DNA of 64,000 bases from a virus (Duplodnaviria > Heunggongvirae > Uroviricota > Caudoviricetes), in IMG/VR virus record IMGVR_UViG_3300030055_000004; one strand, written 5' to 3'. This document shows positions 1-10,235 of the stretch, piece by piece (the stretch's first letter is position 1; every line of letters starts with the position of its first letter). The position numbers and the translations under genes were made by a program. A model generated the notes under the pieces. That model made no database searches, had not been told where the DNA came from, and saw nothing but the letters and a program-made list of their open reading frames with translations.

Positions 1-995
1 ATTATTCTTTAATATGTAAATTACTTAATGTTAATATTCCCTCCATTTCAGTATATTCTTCTTTAATCATAAATTTAGAGTATATTCCTACAATATCATT
101 TTGTATATCACTATAAAGAACTACTCCTTCAAAATATTTACTAGAATCTATTTTAGTACACATTACTATAGTTCTACTTTTATTTATATATATTTTTCCT
201 TTTACCATTCTATCTGTGTATAAAATGGTTGTCTCTCTGAACCACCACAAATATTAATTTCATAATGATTTTCTAATAACTTAGTTTTTGTTATATTAGA
301 TATTATATAATTTAAATCAAGATATAATCTACCTTGATTTATCTGATTATCAATTAATTGTAAAATATAATTATATTCATTATTTAATGATTGTTTTCTT
401 GCTTCTTCTGCTACCATATTAGTATTTATTTCATAAAAAAAGGATACCATATGGCATCCTTTTTATTACATTTTTTCTTTAATCATTTTAATACATTCAT
501 CAATCTGTTTATGATTTTTTGGCATATATAAATCATAGTTCAGATTATTTTCAAATAGATATCGTTTAAATAATTTCCATCTCATAGGAAAAGCTTCATT
601 CTGCCTTCCTTTAGTTTCAATTATAAATTCTTCTCCTATGAAATCCGGGGTATATTTAACACTCTGCAAAGATTTAGATTTAGGATACATCCCATCTCCT
701 TTTCTTTTATCTGGTTCATAACTTTCTCCTATACATTTAAATGCTTCAGATATTGTAAATGTTTTTTGAGTATATTCAAACCACAATCCTGCAGCTTGTA
801 ATGCTTTATAGCAATATACTTCTAATTGAGAGTCAAATTTAATACCATCATATTCTGATTTAATTGAACTGACTTTCTTTTTTCCTCCTGATTTTTGAGG
901 AACATGTGTTTCTAATTGCTCAGGAGAAGACGCTCAGAATGGTAATTCCGCTACATCTTTCTTTTTTTTCTTTGGAAATGCCATACTATGATTAT

Positions 996-2039
996 TTATT
1001 TAAACACATAAAAGTGTTTAGTTTGTTTTATATATTCATCATCGAATATATGTTGTAATTCATCACTACACTCTAAAAAATGTGCTAGTCCTTTTTTCTT
1101 ACACATATCACTGATATCCTTTGAATATTTACGTTTAATAAATATACATTTCAATCCAGGAAATGCTTTTTTGTATTTATGTGCACCTCGTACTCCAGCT
1201 AAATCATTATCCATTAATATAAAAATATTAGGAAATTTCTTATGTAATCTATCATATTGTGCATATGACATTAATACATTTTCTGAAGTTGGTGCAATTG
1301 AGTTTATATTGAGTTCAAATAAAGACATTACATCTTTCATAGATTTAGTAATTAATAAATTATTACCTCTTACTGGTAATTGTTTAGCTCCTTGTAAAAA
1401 AGATCCTTTCCAATTACTTAAAAATCTATAAGTTCTCTTTGTTGGCATATATACTCTCCATAATTCCATTTCATCTTTTTTTCCTCCATAATACCCAAAC
1501 ATTGGAGAATTATCAGAAGAAGATGAAAAATAAAATCCATTTAAAAATGAATGTGCACAAGACACAACATGAAATTTTTTTAAAGTTTTTGGAGATATAC
1601 CAAAAGAATTCCACCAATCTAATTCTTTTTGGGTAAATTCTTTAATTGCAACTTGAATATTACTAGTTGACTGCTTTTCTGTAAATTTTATATCTGATAT
1701 TTTAATTTCAGCTATATGAGGTGTATAATTATTTGATTTAATTATCCCAAAATCATTAGCAATAATCTTTAAAGCTATATAAAAACTACAGTTAAAAAGA
1801 TACATTACTACTGAAATAAAATTACCATAAAATGATCCATCAAAATCATGAAATATTAAATCATTTTTTTGATTTCTAAAGAATGAGGCAGTTGGTAGTT
1901 TATCAGTTCTCATAGGATTTATCTGGAGTCCCTTTTTTACGGGGATTCCAAGATAAGTTTCCATATAAGTTTCTTCTGAATTATACTTTAATAAAAGTTC
2001 TTTTGTGATTCGCTCTTCGTTTTTAGGTATTTCAAACAT
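996..2039 (-). CDS. putative DNA primase (TOPRIM-like domain)
   Basis: 347 aa ORF. A C-terminal LMDNDLAGVRGA segment resembles the TOPRIM DxDxxG motif. It sits in a replication block next to the SSB-like, Sak4-like and DnaB-like genes. Confidence 0.4.
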   Translation of the reverse strand: MFEIPKNEERITKELLLKYNSEETYMETYLGIPVKKGLQINPMRTDKLPTASFFRNQKNDLIFHDFDGSFYGNFISVVMYLFNCSFYIALKIIANDFGIIKSNNYTPHIAEIKISDIKFTEKQSTSNIQVAIKEFTQKELDWWNSFGISPKTLKKFHVVSCAHSFLNGFYFSSSSDNSPMFGYYGGKKDEMELWRVYMPTKRTYRFLSNWKGSFLQGAKQLPVRGNNLLITKSMKDVMSLFELNINSIAPTSENVLMSYAQYDRLHKKFPNIFILMDNDLAGVRGAHKYKKAFPGLKCIFIKRKYSKDISDMCKKKGLAHFLECSDELQHIFDDEYIKQTKHFYVFK

Positions 2040-2056
2040 TAAATCACAATTTTATT

Positions 2057-2788
2057 TTACAATTTAAAATCCATATCAGCTTCTGATCCAGCACCTGTAC
2101 TAGGTTCACCTGCCATAGATAAATCAAATGATTCACCTATTTTAGTTGGTTTTGCACCAGCTACTTTTTTTAAAGCTGCAATTTCTTTAGCATTAAAAAA
2201 TACATTTTCTCCGATAAAATTGAATTTCATATATTTCTTACCTTCTTTATCAATTGCTGCAAAATAAGGAAAAACTGCTTCACCCTTCTTATTTACAATT
2301 AATTTCAATTTTACTTCTTTACCAATACCAGATTCAGTAGCTGCTTTCATTACATTACGTAAAGATAACCATGTAGAATGAGAATCATTACCAGTAATTT
2401 TCATTTGATTACCAGCTTCACCTTTATCAATTAATGCACCTAATTCAGGATTAACAGCATCAATTAAATGCTTAAAAATTAACATCATAGTTTCATTATT
2501 AGATAATTGAGGAACAACATTTTCTTCTCCTTTATCATTTGTAAAAGTAGTTTCTCTACGTTTACCATCTTCTTCTCTTGGTTCAAAAATTGTATGTGAA
2601 AACCAACCCTCTTTATTAGAGAATTTGATATTCAATACATTATACATTGCGGTTGGATCTTTTTTACCAGCCATATCTTTAATTTCTATTCCGTCAAATG
2701 TAACATCATAGATTGCATTTCCTTTTAGTTGTGGACGACTTGTGCTTTGAGCTGCACCGGCTGTTTCATTAAAATTAAAATCACTCAT
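2057..2788 (-). CDS. putative single-stranded DNA-binding protein
   Basis: 243 aa ORF ending in an acidic tail (...SEADMDFKL) like SSB and T7 gp2.5 C-termini. Located between the primase-like and recombinase-like genes. Confidence 0.35.
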   Translation of the reverse strand: MSDFNFNETAGAAQSTSRPQLKGNAIYDVTFDGIEIKDMAGKKDPTAMYNVLNIKFSNKEGWFSHTIFEPREEDGKRRETTFTNDKGEENVVPQLSNNETMMLIFKHLIDAVNPELGALIDKGEAGNQMKITGNDSHSTWLSLRNVMKAATESGIGKEVKLKLIVNKKGEAVFPYFAAIDKEGKKYMKFNFIGENVFFNAKEIAALKKVAGAKPTKIGESFDLSMAGEPSTGAGSEADMDFKL

Positions 2789-2804
2789 TATTTCTTATTA
2801 TTTT

Positions 2805-3350
2805 TTATAAATTAAAATCTGTAAATTCTGTCAACTCTGTTGTTTCATTTCCAGAAACTTCTATATCTCTCACTTTTGCTACGGCTTCTTTAACCGGTAT
2901 GTCTTTAGGTACATATACTTTATCACCCACTAACATATAAATTCCTGGTTTTGATTCTTCTAATGAGAATGTTTCACCAAATTCTGCTAAAATTTCATTA
3001 GCCTTGCCTCTATAGGCTACTGTACCAGCTTTAGCCAGTTTATTACCGCCTTTAATTCCGAATGCTAAGTCATTACCAAAGAATGGAGTAATTACACCAT
3101 CAACTTTATCATATCTTATAGATACTCTAATTTCATCTTCATCTCCTAAAAGTGTAATTAACTCTGGAGAAAGTACTAATTTTCCTTCTTCTCTTACTAT
3201 TGTTAAACCTGTTAATGCTTTACCAACTTGTTTAACTGTTGACTTTTTTGTAGTTGTTTTCTTTTCAACAACATCACCTACAGAACATACTACATCACAT
3301 ACGGATGTTGTTTCTGGATCGAAATTAAATGTTACTTTTACTGCTATCAT
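2805..3350 (-). CDS. hypothetical protein
   Basis: 181 aa ORF, tightly spaced inside the minus-strand operon. Confidence 0.3.
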   Translation of the reverse strand: MIAVKVTFNFDPETTSVCDVVCSVGDVVEKKTTTKKSTVKQVGKALTGLTIVREEGKLVLSPELITLLGDEDEIRVSIRYDKVDGVITPFFGNDLAFGIKGGNKLAKAGTVAYRGKANEILAEFGETFSLEESKPGIYMLVGDKVYVPKDIPVKEAVAKVRDIEVSGNETTELTEFTDFNL

Positions 3351-4099
3351 TATTCTTTATTTTGTGTTAATGAGGGATAAATATTTTCCCAGAATGTTTT
3401 AATACCTCCATCTTCTTGTCTTTGAGCAAGTAAGATAGTTTTTCCTGCAAGATGTGGCATTCTAGCACCGCATAATACAGAATTCATATCTCCAAAATTA
3501 GCCATTAAATCTGTAGTTTCTATGTCTCTATAAACATAACAAATTGCATCACTTCCAGCACTTAAAATACGACCAATTTTTCCTGTAAGATCTAAATCTT
3601 TTACATTTAATTCAGTACCATTTTCATTTAATGCTTTATCTTTAACATGCCCTACTAAAATAACATTTGGAGAGACTTTTTCAAACCAACCAATAACTCT
3701 TTGCATTGCTTGTCTTAAATACAAATAACCTGCACCATTAGCTAATGTTAATACACTTGTTTCTGCATCAAAATTAACACCCATAGAGGTTTCTCTATAT
3801 AATTTATTTGCATATGGAAGAACTATATCTTCTAATGCGGTAATAGTATCTAAAATTGTAAAATCAAATTGTCCTGGATTGTCTTTCAACTCCATTGCAA
3901 TTTTATACAAATCCATATACGTTTTAGCTTTATATGTAAAAGCTGAGATATAATCTGTCCCATCTTCAAGGTCAATATGAAGAGCTTTAGGAAGGAACGA
4001 TAATGCTGTTGTTTTTCCGACTTTTGGTAAACCAAAAAGTATTAAATTTTTTGGATTTGAAGTTTTAATTTGGCTTTTAGCCATTGGTAATAATCCCAT
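3350..4099 (-). CDS. RecA-like / Sak4-like ssDNA-annealing ATPase
   Basis: 249 aa. Walker A motif GLPKVGKTT near the N-terminus; the size matches phage Sak4-type RecA-fold proteins. Confidence 0.5.
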   Translation of the reverse strand: MGLLPMAKSQIKTSNPKNLILFGLPKVGKTTALSFLPKALHIDLEDGTDYISAFTYKAKTYMDLYKIAMELKDNPGQFDFTILDTITALEDIVLPYANKLYRETSMGVNFDAETSVLTLANGAGYLYLRQAMQRVIGWFEKVSPNVILVGHVKDKALNENGTELNVKDLDLTGKIGRILSAGSDAICYVYRDIETTDLMANFGDMNSVLCGARMPHLAGKTILLAQRQEDGGIKTFWENIYPSLTQNKE

Positions 4100-4101
4100 T
4101 T

Positions 4102-5190
4102 TTATAATTGAAATTGATGTTTTATTTCATCTATTTGTGTCTCCACATGTTCTGTATCATCTATTTTATGTTCTATTTTAGGAGCTTTTAACTCTAAATA
4201 AGGTTCATAATCGCCAATTTCTTTAGCTTTTGGCATTTCTCTAAACATTCCTATTTCTCCAAAAAACGAAGTTCCAAGGTTTAGGTCAGCTTGTCCATAC
4301 CGATTTTTCAGGATTTGCGTTAATCTAAAGCGTTTTTTCAATACATTCTGTATTGGGTAACCTTCACATGTAGCTATCTTTTCTCTATAAGGAAAATAGA
4401 GAGCTAATACGACTTCCGAACCATCTGTAGTTCCTGAAGTGTCTTTAAAATCATCTAATTGAATAAGCTCATATCCATTAGTTTTACGATCCATCCCTTT
4501 TGCATTACGATTTAATTGTTGTATAAATACACCAGTTAGACCGCACTTATTTCTAAGATAAATAAAAGTATCAACAACTGTATCAATTCTTATTTTTTTA
4601 GCATCACTTCCAGAAATTAATCCAACATGATCAATAAGAACTATTTTATATCTAGATGGATCATCACTAATATAATTTTCAGTATGTTCATCTACTTGTA
4701 CAAATGTGCCAAATTGACTTAACCAGTTTACACAAGTTTTATAAATTCCATTTGGTGTTAATGCTTTATCAAAAATAGTTAAATGCTCTGAAAGAGTTTC
4801 TACCCATCCTCTAGCTAAATTAACTAAATTTTCTTGAGAATCTGAAATTGGTTTAGTCAAAGATAAAATATCTTCATAAGTTACAATTTCATGATATTCA
4901 TCCCAGATATATCGTGAGATTAATTTAGCATATAGTACATCAGCAGCCATTTCAAATGAATAATATAAAATAGATATAGGTATATTTTCAGCATTCTTAA
5001 TTAAATTATATACAAATACATCTAATGCAAATGAAGTTTTACCCCCAGAAGTATCAGCACCAATTGTGTATAAATATGATTTTTGAATACCATAAATAAC
5101 GGAATCTAATTTAGGCATTCCTGTTGAAATTCCAACATTCTTACCCTCCTTACCACGTTTTACGTTTTTGTATAATTTATTAACTCCCAT
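4102..5190 (-). CDS. DnaB-like replicative DNA helicase (RecA-fold C-terminal domain)
   Basis: 362 aa. Contains MPKLDSV...GADTSGGKTSFAL (Walker A) and a downstream ...LIDHVGLI... motif typical of the DnaB family. Confidence 0.7.
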   Translation of the reverse strand: MGVNKLYKNVKRGKEGKNVGISTGMPKLDSVIYGIQKSYLYTIGADTSGGKTSFALDVFVYNLIKNAENIPISILYYSFEMAADVLYAKLISRYIWDEYHEIVTYEDILSLTKPISDSQENLVNLARGWVETLSEHLTIFDKALTPNGIYKTCVNWLSQFGTFVQVDEHTENYISDDPSRYKIVLIDHVGLISGSDAKKIRIDTVVDTFIYLRNKCGLTGVFIQQLNRNAKGMDRKTNGYELIQLDDFKDTSGTTDGSEVVLALYFPYREKIATCEGYPIQNVLKKRFRLTQILKNRYGQADLNLGTSFFGEIGMFREMPKAKEIGDYEPYLELKAPKIEHKIDDTEHVETQIDEIKHQFQL

Positions 5191-5191
5191 A

Positions 5192-5800
5192 TTATAACAA
5201 TTCAGAATTATTATAACCGTTAATATTATCAGACAATTTTAGTTCTTCAATTTCTAACCATTTCATACTAATTACAAACTCTGTAATACCATAATGGATA
5301 AGATCATTTTCTTTTCCAAAAGTTAATAATTCCATAATTTTAGCATGCATTTCTGGATTAAATTTAATAGCTTTGCCATAAGCAAAACAAAAATCATCCA
5401 TACTCTTAAATAGTTTACTAATGTTCTTTAATGAACACTGACGACCTTGAATATTTACAAAACTTGGATAAGTCATAAATAATTCCATTCCCATATCCCC
5501 AGAATGTTGATTGAAGGATTTTAGAAATACTTTATTAAAATCTACATCACGTGGATTAAATGTTGCTCCTTTTTCAGGAATTTTATAGGATTTATTAATA
5601 ATTCCTTTTTCCTGTAAGGCTAAGAGAGTATCTCGTGGAGCACCTTTTAGAGGCATTTGACTAAAATATTTGCTTAAATATTCACTATGATCTTCCTGTG
5701 CTAAAAATATTAATTGAATAATTAAAAATTCTTCAGGAAATAGTTGGTACTTAATCATAAAGTCAAGTTCTCTATCTATTGATAATTCTATTTGTTTCAA
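5192..5800 (-). CDS. hypothetical protein
   Basis: 202 aa ORF. Confidence 0.3.
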   Translation of the reverse strand: MKQIELSIDRELDFMIKYQLFPEEFLIIQLIFLAQEDHSEYLSKYFSQMPLKGAPRDTLLALQEKGIINKSYKIPEKGATFNPRDVDFNKVFLKSFNQHSGDMGMELFMTYPSFVNIQGRQCSLKNISKLFKSMDDFCFAYGKAIKFNPEMHAKIMELLTFGKENDLIHYGITEFVISMKWLEIEELKLSDNINGYNNSELL

Positions 5801-5849
5801 ATTGGTTAAGTTTTCTTAACCACTACTTATTGTACCAGTTACGGCTTTA

Positions 5850-6191
5850 TTACTGTCCCCAGTGATTTAATTGTTTTAATCTTGTTATTACATCATTAGG
5901 TGTATGCCCATCAAATTTATCAGCTAATTCATATTCTGGAATTTTAAATAAATCCCAATCTTTATCTTCATAATGATTACTAATTTGTCCAGAAGGTAAT
6001 GTAGCCATTACTATAAACCAACCACCTCCAAAACATAATTCTCCATCGCTATGTTTCCAAGATTTATGTACATTATATTTAGGAATATCATATTGAGCCC
6101 ATTCATTAAATAATGCTGCATTATACACTTTTCTAAAGTCATATAACTCTCCAAATGTATGATAACCATCTGATATTAAGTTTGTATCCAT
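5850..6191 (-). CDS. hypothetical protein
   Basis: 113 aa ORF. Confidence 0.25.
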   Translation of the reverse strand: MDTNLISDGYHTFGELYDFRKVYNAALFNEWAQYDIPKYNVHKSWKHSDGELCFGGGWFIVMATLPSGQISNHYEDKDWDLFKIPEYELADKFDGHTPNDVITRLKQLNHWGQ

Positions 6192-6196
6192 ATTAA

Positions 6197-6616
6197 TTAT
6201 TTTAATTGTTGCCTTATAGATTCTAATATTAATCCTAATTTATTTAAACCAGTACCTTTACATTTACCCCAATATCTATCATTCCAAGTATTACCTTCAA
6301 TTAATTGACATGTTCCCGTATTTAATAATTTAGTTTTTAAATCTGGATTTTGAGTAAATTTAGCAAGAACTATTCTGTACATTAATAAATCTTTTACTTT
6401 CTCCCAATCAGCTCTAAGATTTACTTTTCTACCTTTGGCTTTAGCAAGATTTGGAGATAAGAATATAAATTCTTTTTGAATAGTTTTATCTAATACTTTT
6501 TGAGCTTGAAAAGCTGCTTCATTATTAGCGTATTCTACTCCTTCAAATACCACAGGAGTTTCATAAAAGTTACTTAAAAAATAATATTCTCCTCGAAATT
6601 CATTTATACTATACAT
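6197..6616 (-). CDS. NADAR (YbiA-like, DUF1768) domain protein
   Basis: 139 aa. Contains FLSNFYETPVVFEGVEYANNEAAFQAQK, a close match to the NADAR/YbiA signature. Confidence 0.6.
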   Translation of the reverse strand: MYSINEFRGEYYFLSNFYETPVVFEGVEYANNEAAFQAQKVLDKTIQKEFIFLSPNLAKAKGRKVNLRADWEKVKDLLMYRIVLAKFTQNPDLKTKLLNTGTCQLIEGNTWNDRYWGKCKGTGLNKLGLILESIRQQLK

Positions 6617-6866
6617 ATTTTGCTAAATACTCGCCATCTTCAATGAAAAAACCTAAAGATGTTAAATCCATAATATCTTCATCTGTAATATCTGCATCAA
6701 TTAAATTATCAAGATCTTCACTCCAAATCATATCATGATTCGCACCTTGAACAACATAATTTGAATATTTAGCTATAATAGATAAACCGATAAATGTATT
6801 ATTCATTTCGGCTACATAATCAGTTTTTGCATTTTCAAATACTTCTATAATTTCTTTTTTTGTCAT
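6609..6866 (-). CDS. hypothetical protein
   Basis: 85 aa ORF. Confidence 0.2.
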   Translation of the reverse strand: MTKKEIIEVFENAKTDYVAEMNNTFIGLSIIAKYSNYVVQGANHDMIWSEDLDNLIDADITDEDIMDLTSLGFFIEDGEYLAKYV

Positions 6867-6867
6867 A

Positions 6868-7851
6868 TTAAAATGTAAATAAAAATTGTTGTTTTTCTTG
6901 TACTACTTCTTGTTTTACTAATTCTTGATTCGTTAAGATATTCATTAGTTCATTTTCATTTATTTCGAAATGACTTAAACCAACTGAACTCTTTTTAAAC
7001 CAATTTTCTTCCATTGTTCCTCTTAGAATTAATGAAAATACTTCAGCATTTTTATTAGCTTCTTTTCTAATAATCCTACCAATTCTCTGTATTCTTTCAG
7101 TTGAAGAGCTACTATTAGATAAAATAATACCTAAATTTAATTTTGGAATATCCGCACCTGCATTTAATACTTTACTAGTATGAACTACTCCAGTATCTTG
7201 CAAACAAAATTCTTCCATTGTAATTTTATTCTTCTTTTTAGTTTTACCTGAATGCACTACTAAACCTACTTTAAATTTTTCACATTGTGCAATAGTTGCA
7301 TTAAATGTAATAGCTTTAGAATCAGGTCTATGTGCTAGAATTAATTCTGCAATTTCAATTTTCTTAGGATGATTTTTTACAAACTCCTTACGTGCTTTCA
7401 ATGCCCTACCCCATGCAAATGCATGAGCAGCAGTTTCAGCTATAATTTGTTTTTCAAATTTTGGATCAGGCTGAATAAATTTAGCATATGCTTTTATACA
7501 TTGTCTACTAGTTAATATTAATTCAGTACCTTTTCTAATACCAGCCATACAACCCATTGCTGTGTTGAACTGATAATCAAAAAATGCAAAATGTTCCATA
7601 AATTCTAAATTAGCTGCATTATATTCAGTTAAATCAACATCAATCATTACTTTGTATTCCTTATAAGGAGATACCCAACCTTTTGCAGTTGCTTCTTTGA
7701 CTGTAATAGTATCAATAATAGGACAATATTTAGCTAATAATGTTTGCTTACCATCTAATCTTTCAAATGTTGCTGTTAATCCTAATATCATTTTAGGTTT
7801 ACATACATCAAATATAGTATAAAATGATTCAGCAGCATACGCATGAACTTC
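6868..7851 (-). CDS. SF2 DEVH-box DNA helicase, exon 2 (C-terminal part)
   Basis: Begins EVHAYAA... (completing the DEVH motif II), then contains GLTAT (motif III) and QRIGRIIR (motif VI). Joining it to exon 1 restores ...LLILD|EVHAY.... Confidence 0.6.
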   Translation of the reverse strand, partial: EVHAYAAESFYTIFDVCKPKMILGLTATFERLDGKQTLLAKYCPIIDTITVKEATAKGWVSPYKEYKVMIDVDLTEYNAANLEFMEHFAFFDYQFNTAMGCMAGIRKGTELILTSRQCIKAYAKFIQPDPKFEKQIIAETAAHAFAWGRALKARKEFVKNHPKKIEIAELILAHRPDSKAITFNATIAQCEKFKVGLVVHSGKTKKKNKITMEEFCLQDTGVVHTSKVLNAGADIPKLNLGIILSNSSSSTERIQRIGRIIRKEANKNAEVFSLILRGTMEENWFKKSSVGLSHFEINENELMNILTNQELVKQEVVQEKQQFLFTF

Positions 7852-9149
7852 CATGCTATCCTATAATTTTCACTATAAGTCCGACTATATCTTAATTTTT
7901 GTGTTTTTTATTAAATATGTATTATTTTTTGTTTTTGTGTTATTACGAATTTGATTACTAATAGTACAATCCTTTAAATTAAAATAAAGAGCTGCTTCAA
8001 CATTAGTTTTAAATTTATTTAAAATAGACCCAATTGAATCTATTTCAAAAATTTTAAAAGTATTATCAAAATAATCAGTAAAATCTAGTATAGGACTAAG
8101 ACTCCAAAAAGAATTTTTCCACATAGTTTTATTTTTAATAGCTGTATCTAAACTACCAGCATTGGAATCTCCACTATTTAAAAATTCAGATATAACATCC
8201 CTTTTACTTAAAAATACTTTTATTAATTTAAAAGTATCTTTATTATATTGATAATGTTTAAAACCCTTACTTTCTTTAGTAGTTTTTGTAGGTATAAGTT
8301 CATAATTTTTATTTAAAAAATCAGATTCATATAACCAAAAATACCCACCAGCTGTATTTGATCTTTTTTTTAAAACATTGTTAATTGCACCGGAACTTGA
8401 AAAATTATGTTCATTAGAGGCTTTTACAATTGAATCATATGTTTTAATATAATTACCTAGTAAATCTAATTGTACAATTTTTATTTCGTGCGCAGAAATA
8501 GATCTTTGAATTCCCGAAATAACTCTTTTTTCTTTTGTAATAGATCCTCTACCACCTTTATCAATATTTAAAAGTTTATATCCTAATTCTTTATATTTTT
8601 GAATAAGGTCTATTTCTAGATTTTCCCATTCTGTAACATCGCATTCATCAATTTGTGTAATAATGACATTTTCATTTTTTAACATTAAACTGTAAATCCA
8701 TTTTGCAACAGGAGTAACCCTTTTTAAAGGATTTTTTCCAGTATATTTATGTTGTGATAATCTGCTTTTTAAAGTGCAACTTGTTACTCCAACATATCTA
8801 ACATCTTGCAAATTTGATTCACTACTTAATGTATAAAATACATATTTTTTAATTTTTTCTTGCATATTTTTAATTTTTAATAATATGCAAAGATAGCAAA
8901 AATTTTCGCCATTTCCAAATGAATTCCAAAATATTTTGAAATTTAAATGTACTCCCTTACGGGATAGTCTGTGAACCTTTTTCCAAAATTTATTTGGAAA
9001 CTTGGATGCGGATTGACCAATTCTTTTTGATTTTACCATATCTTTCATCATTACTGAAAGCCATTATATGTATTACTACTATAATTTGGTTAAAAAGACT
9101 CTAAGGTTATTCCCGCAGTTAAACGAATTTAGACTCGACAAAGTTACTA
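7852..9149 (-). mobile_element. putative group I intron carrying a GIY-YIG homing endonuclease gene
   Basis: About 1298 nt inserted exactly between the D and E codons of the helicase DEVH motif. The 5' exon ends in T (U), the insert ends in G immediately before GAA GTT CAT, and the insert encodes a GIY-YIG ORF. Removing it restores the helicase reading frame perfectly. Confidence 0.55.
7885..9051 (-). CDS. GIY-YIG homing endonuclease (intron-encoded)
   Basis: Contains KYVFYTLSSESNLQDVRYVGVTSCTLKSRLSQHK, a GIY-YIG motif. The true start is probably the internal Met at about 8865 (MQEKIKKYVFYTL), because the motif is normally N-terminal. Confidence 0.6.
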   Translation of the reverse strand: MMKDMVKSKRIGQSASKFPNKFWKKVHRLSRKGVHLNFKIFWNSFGNGENFCYLCILLKIKNMQEKIKKYVFYTLSSESNLQDVRYVGVTSCTLKSRLSQHKYTGKNPLKRVTPVAKWIYSLMLKNENVIITQIDECDVTEWENLEIDLIQKYKELGYKLLNIDKGGRGSITKEKRVISGIQRSISAHEIKIVQLDLLGNYIKTYDSIVKASNEHNFSSSGAINNVLKKRSNTAGGYFWLYESDFLNKNYELIPTKTTKESKGFKHYQYNKDTFKLIKVFLSKRDVISEFLNSGDSNAGSLDTAIKNKTMWKNSFWSLSPILDFTDYFDNTFKIFEIDSIGSILNKFKTNVEAALYFNLKDCTISNQIRNNTKTKNNTYLIKNTKIKI

Positions 9150-9446
9150 ATCGAGTATTAAGAGATCACAAAAAAAAGGTTGTTTTATTGCAGAATTAAT
9201 AATTTTAACTTCTGCATTAAAACTTAATCCTTTTTTATCTAATATAGATATCCACTGACCTCTTAAATAATCAGTAGGTACAATTACTATAATTTTTTTT
9301 CTTGGATTTTTTACAATAAATCTGTTGATAGCAATAATTGCTGCTGTAGTTTTTCCAAATCCAGTGCAAAATTCCCAGGTTCCATTACATCTATTTTTAA
9401 TCCATTTTTCTACAGCTTCTAGCTGTCTATCATCTCTACTACTCAT
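9150..9446 (-). CDS. SF2 DEVH-box DNA helicase, exon 1 (N-terminal part)
   Basis: Contains CTGFGKTTAAI (motif I, Walker A) and ends ...CDLLILD (first half of motif II), followed by a TAG that lies in the insert. Confidence 0.6.
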
Positions 9447-10161
9447 TACTTATATAATTAATTATGTTTTTAGAAAACAAAATTAATTGTTCTTCTGTTG
9501 CTGAATTTTTCATTGAATTTGCTAACATTGAAATTACTTGAACATTTCCAACAATATAACCTTTAGAATTATTAATTCTATCTAAAGAATAAGTTTTAGA
9601 ATAATCATCTTTTGTTCCTTTAATTAATTCAATTCCTAAAATTGGACAATGTGTAGGAAGTATAATATCTTCTTTTACTAAATTAAAATCTAAATTATTT
9701 TTTTTAGCTCTTTTTTTAGCAGCAGATAACATATGAGTTATTATACCATTTTCTGTATTTAAATAATCATTACTTATTTTATTTAAATAATCATTATATT
9801 CAGAATCTTCTTTTCGTTTTATATTTTTATTATCATTACATGTTTCAATATATTTTTGTCTGTTAGGATGTTCTAATACTATTTGTCTTTCACATTCTTT
9901 ACATCTTGAATATATTTTATTTTTTCCATCTTTATTTTTAGCACTTAAAATATAAAAATTTTCTAATAATAATATTTTTTTACAATTGGTACATTGTTTA
10001 TGTCCTTCTGGAATATCTACTGTTTCTTTAGGTATATATTCTCTTCCAGCTTTTTCAGCTCTTTTTTTACTTTCCTCTTTATTTTTACATTTGGAACATT
10101 TATGATTACTATAAAACTTAGTTTCTGTATCATTTTTTCCACAAATTGTGCATACTTTCAT
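9439..10161 (-). CDS. HNH homing endonuclease (free-standing)
   Basis: 240 aa. N-terminal Cys-rich zinc-finger region (CTICG...CSKCK; CTNCK), and a C-terminal HCPILGIEL...YSLDRINNSKGYIVGNVQVIS HNH_3-type motif. Confidence 0.6.
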   Translation of the reverse strand: MKVCTICGKNDTETKFYSNHKCSKCKNKEESKKRAEKAGREYIPKETVDIPEGHKQCTNCKKILLLENFYILSAKNKDGKNKIYSRCKECERQIVLEHPNRQKYIETCNDNKNIKRKEDSEYNDYLNKISNDYLNTENGIITHMLSAAKKRAKKNNLDFNLVKEDIILPTHCPILGIELIKGTKDDYSKTYSLDRINNSKGYIVGNVQVISMLANSMKNSATEEQLILFSKNIINYISNE

Positions 10162-10235
10162 TTTGTATTATTTAATATTATAATACAAAGATACAAAATT
10201 TTTTCTATATAAAAACTATAATTCTGATAAAAATT

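Noticed and set aside
1171-1636. Plus-strand ORFs 1171..1431 and 1439..1636
   Set aside because: They are embedded antisense within the 347-aa primase-like ORF. They have low-complexity composition and there is no supporting context on the plus strand.
9994-10212. Plus-strand 72-aa Phe-rich ORF
   Set aside because: It is antisense to the HNH endonuclease gene and its composition reflects the AT-rich opposite strand.
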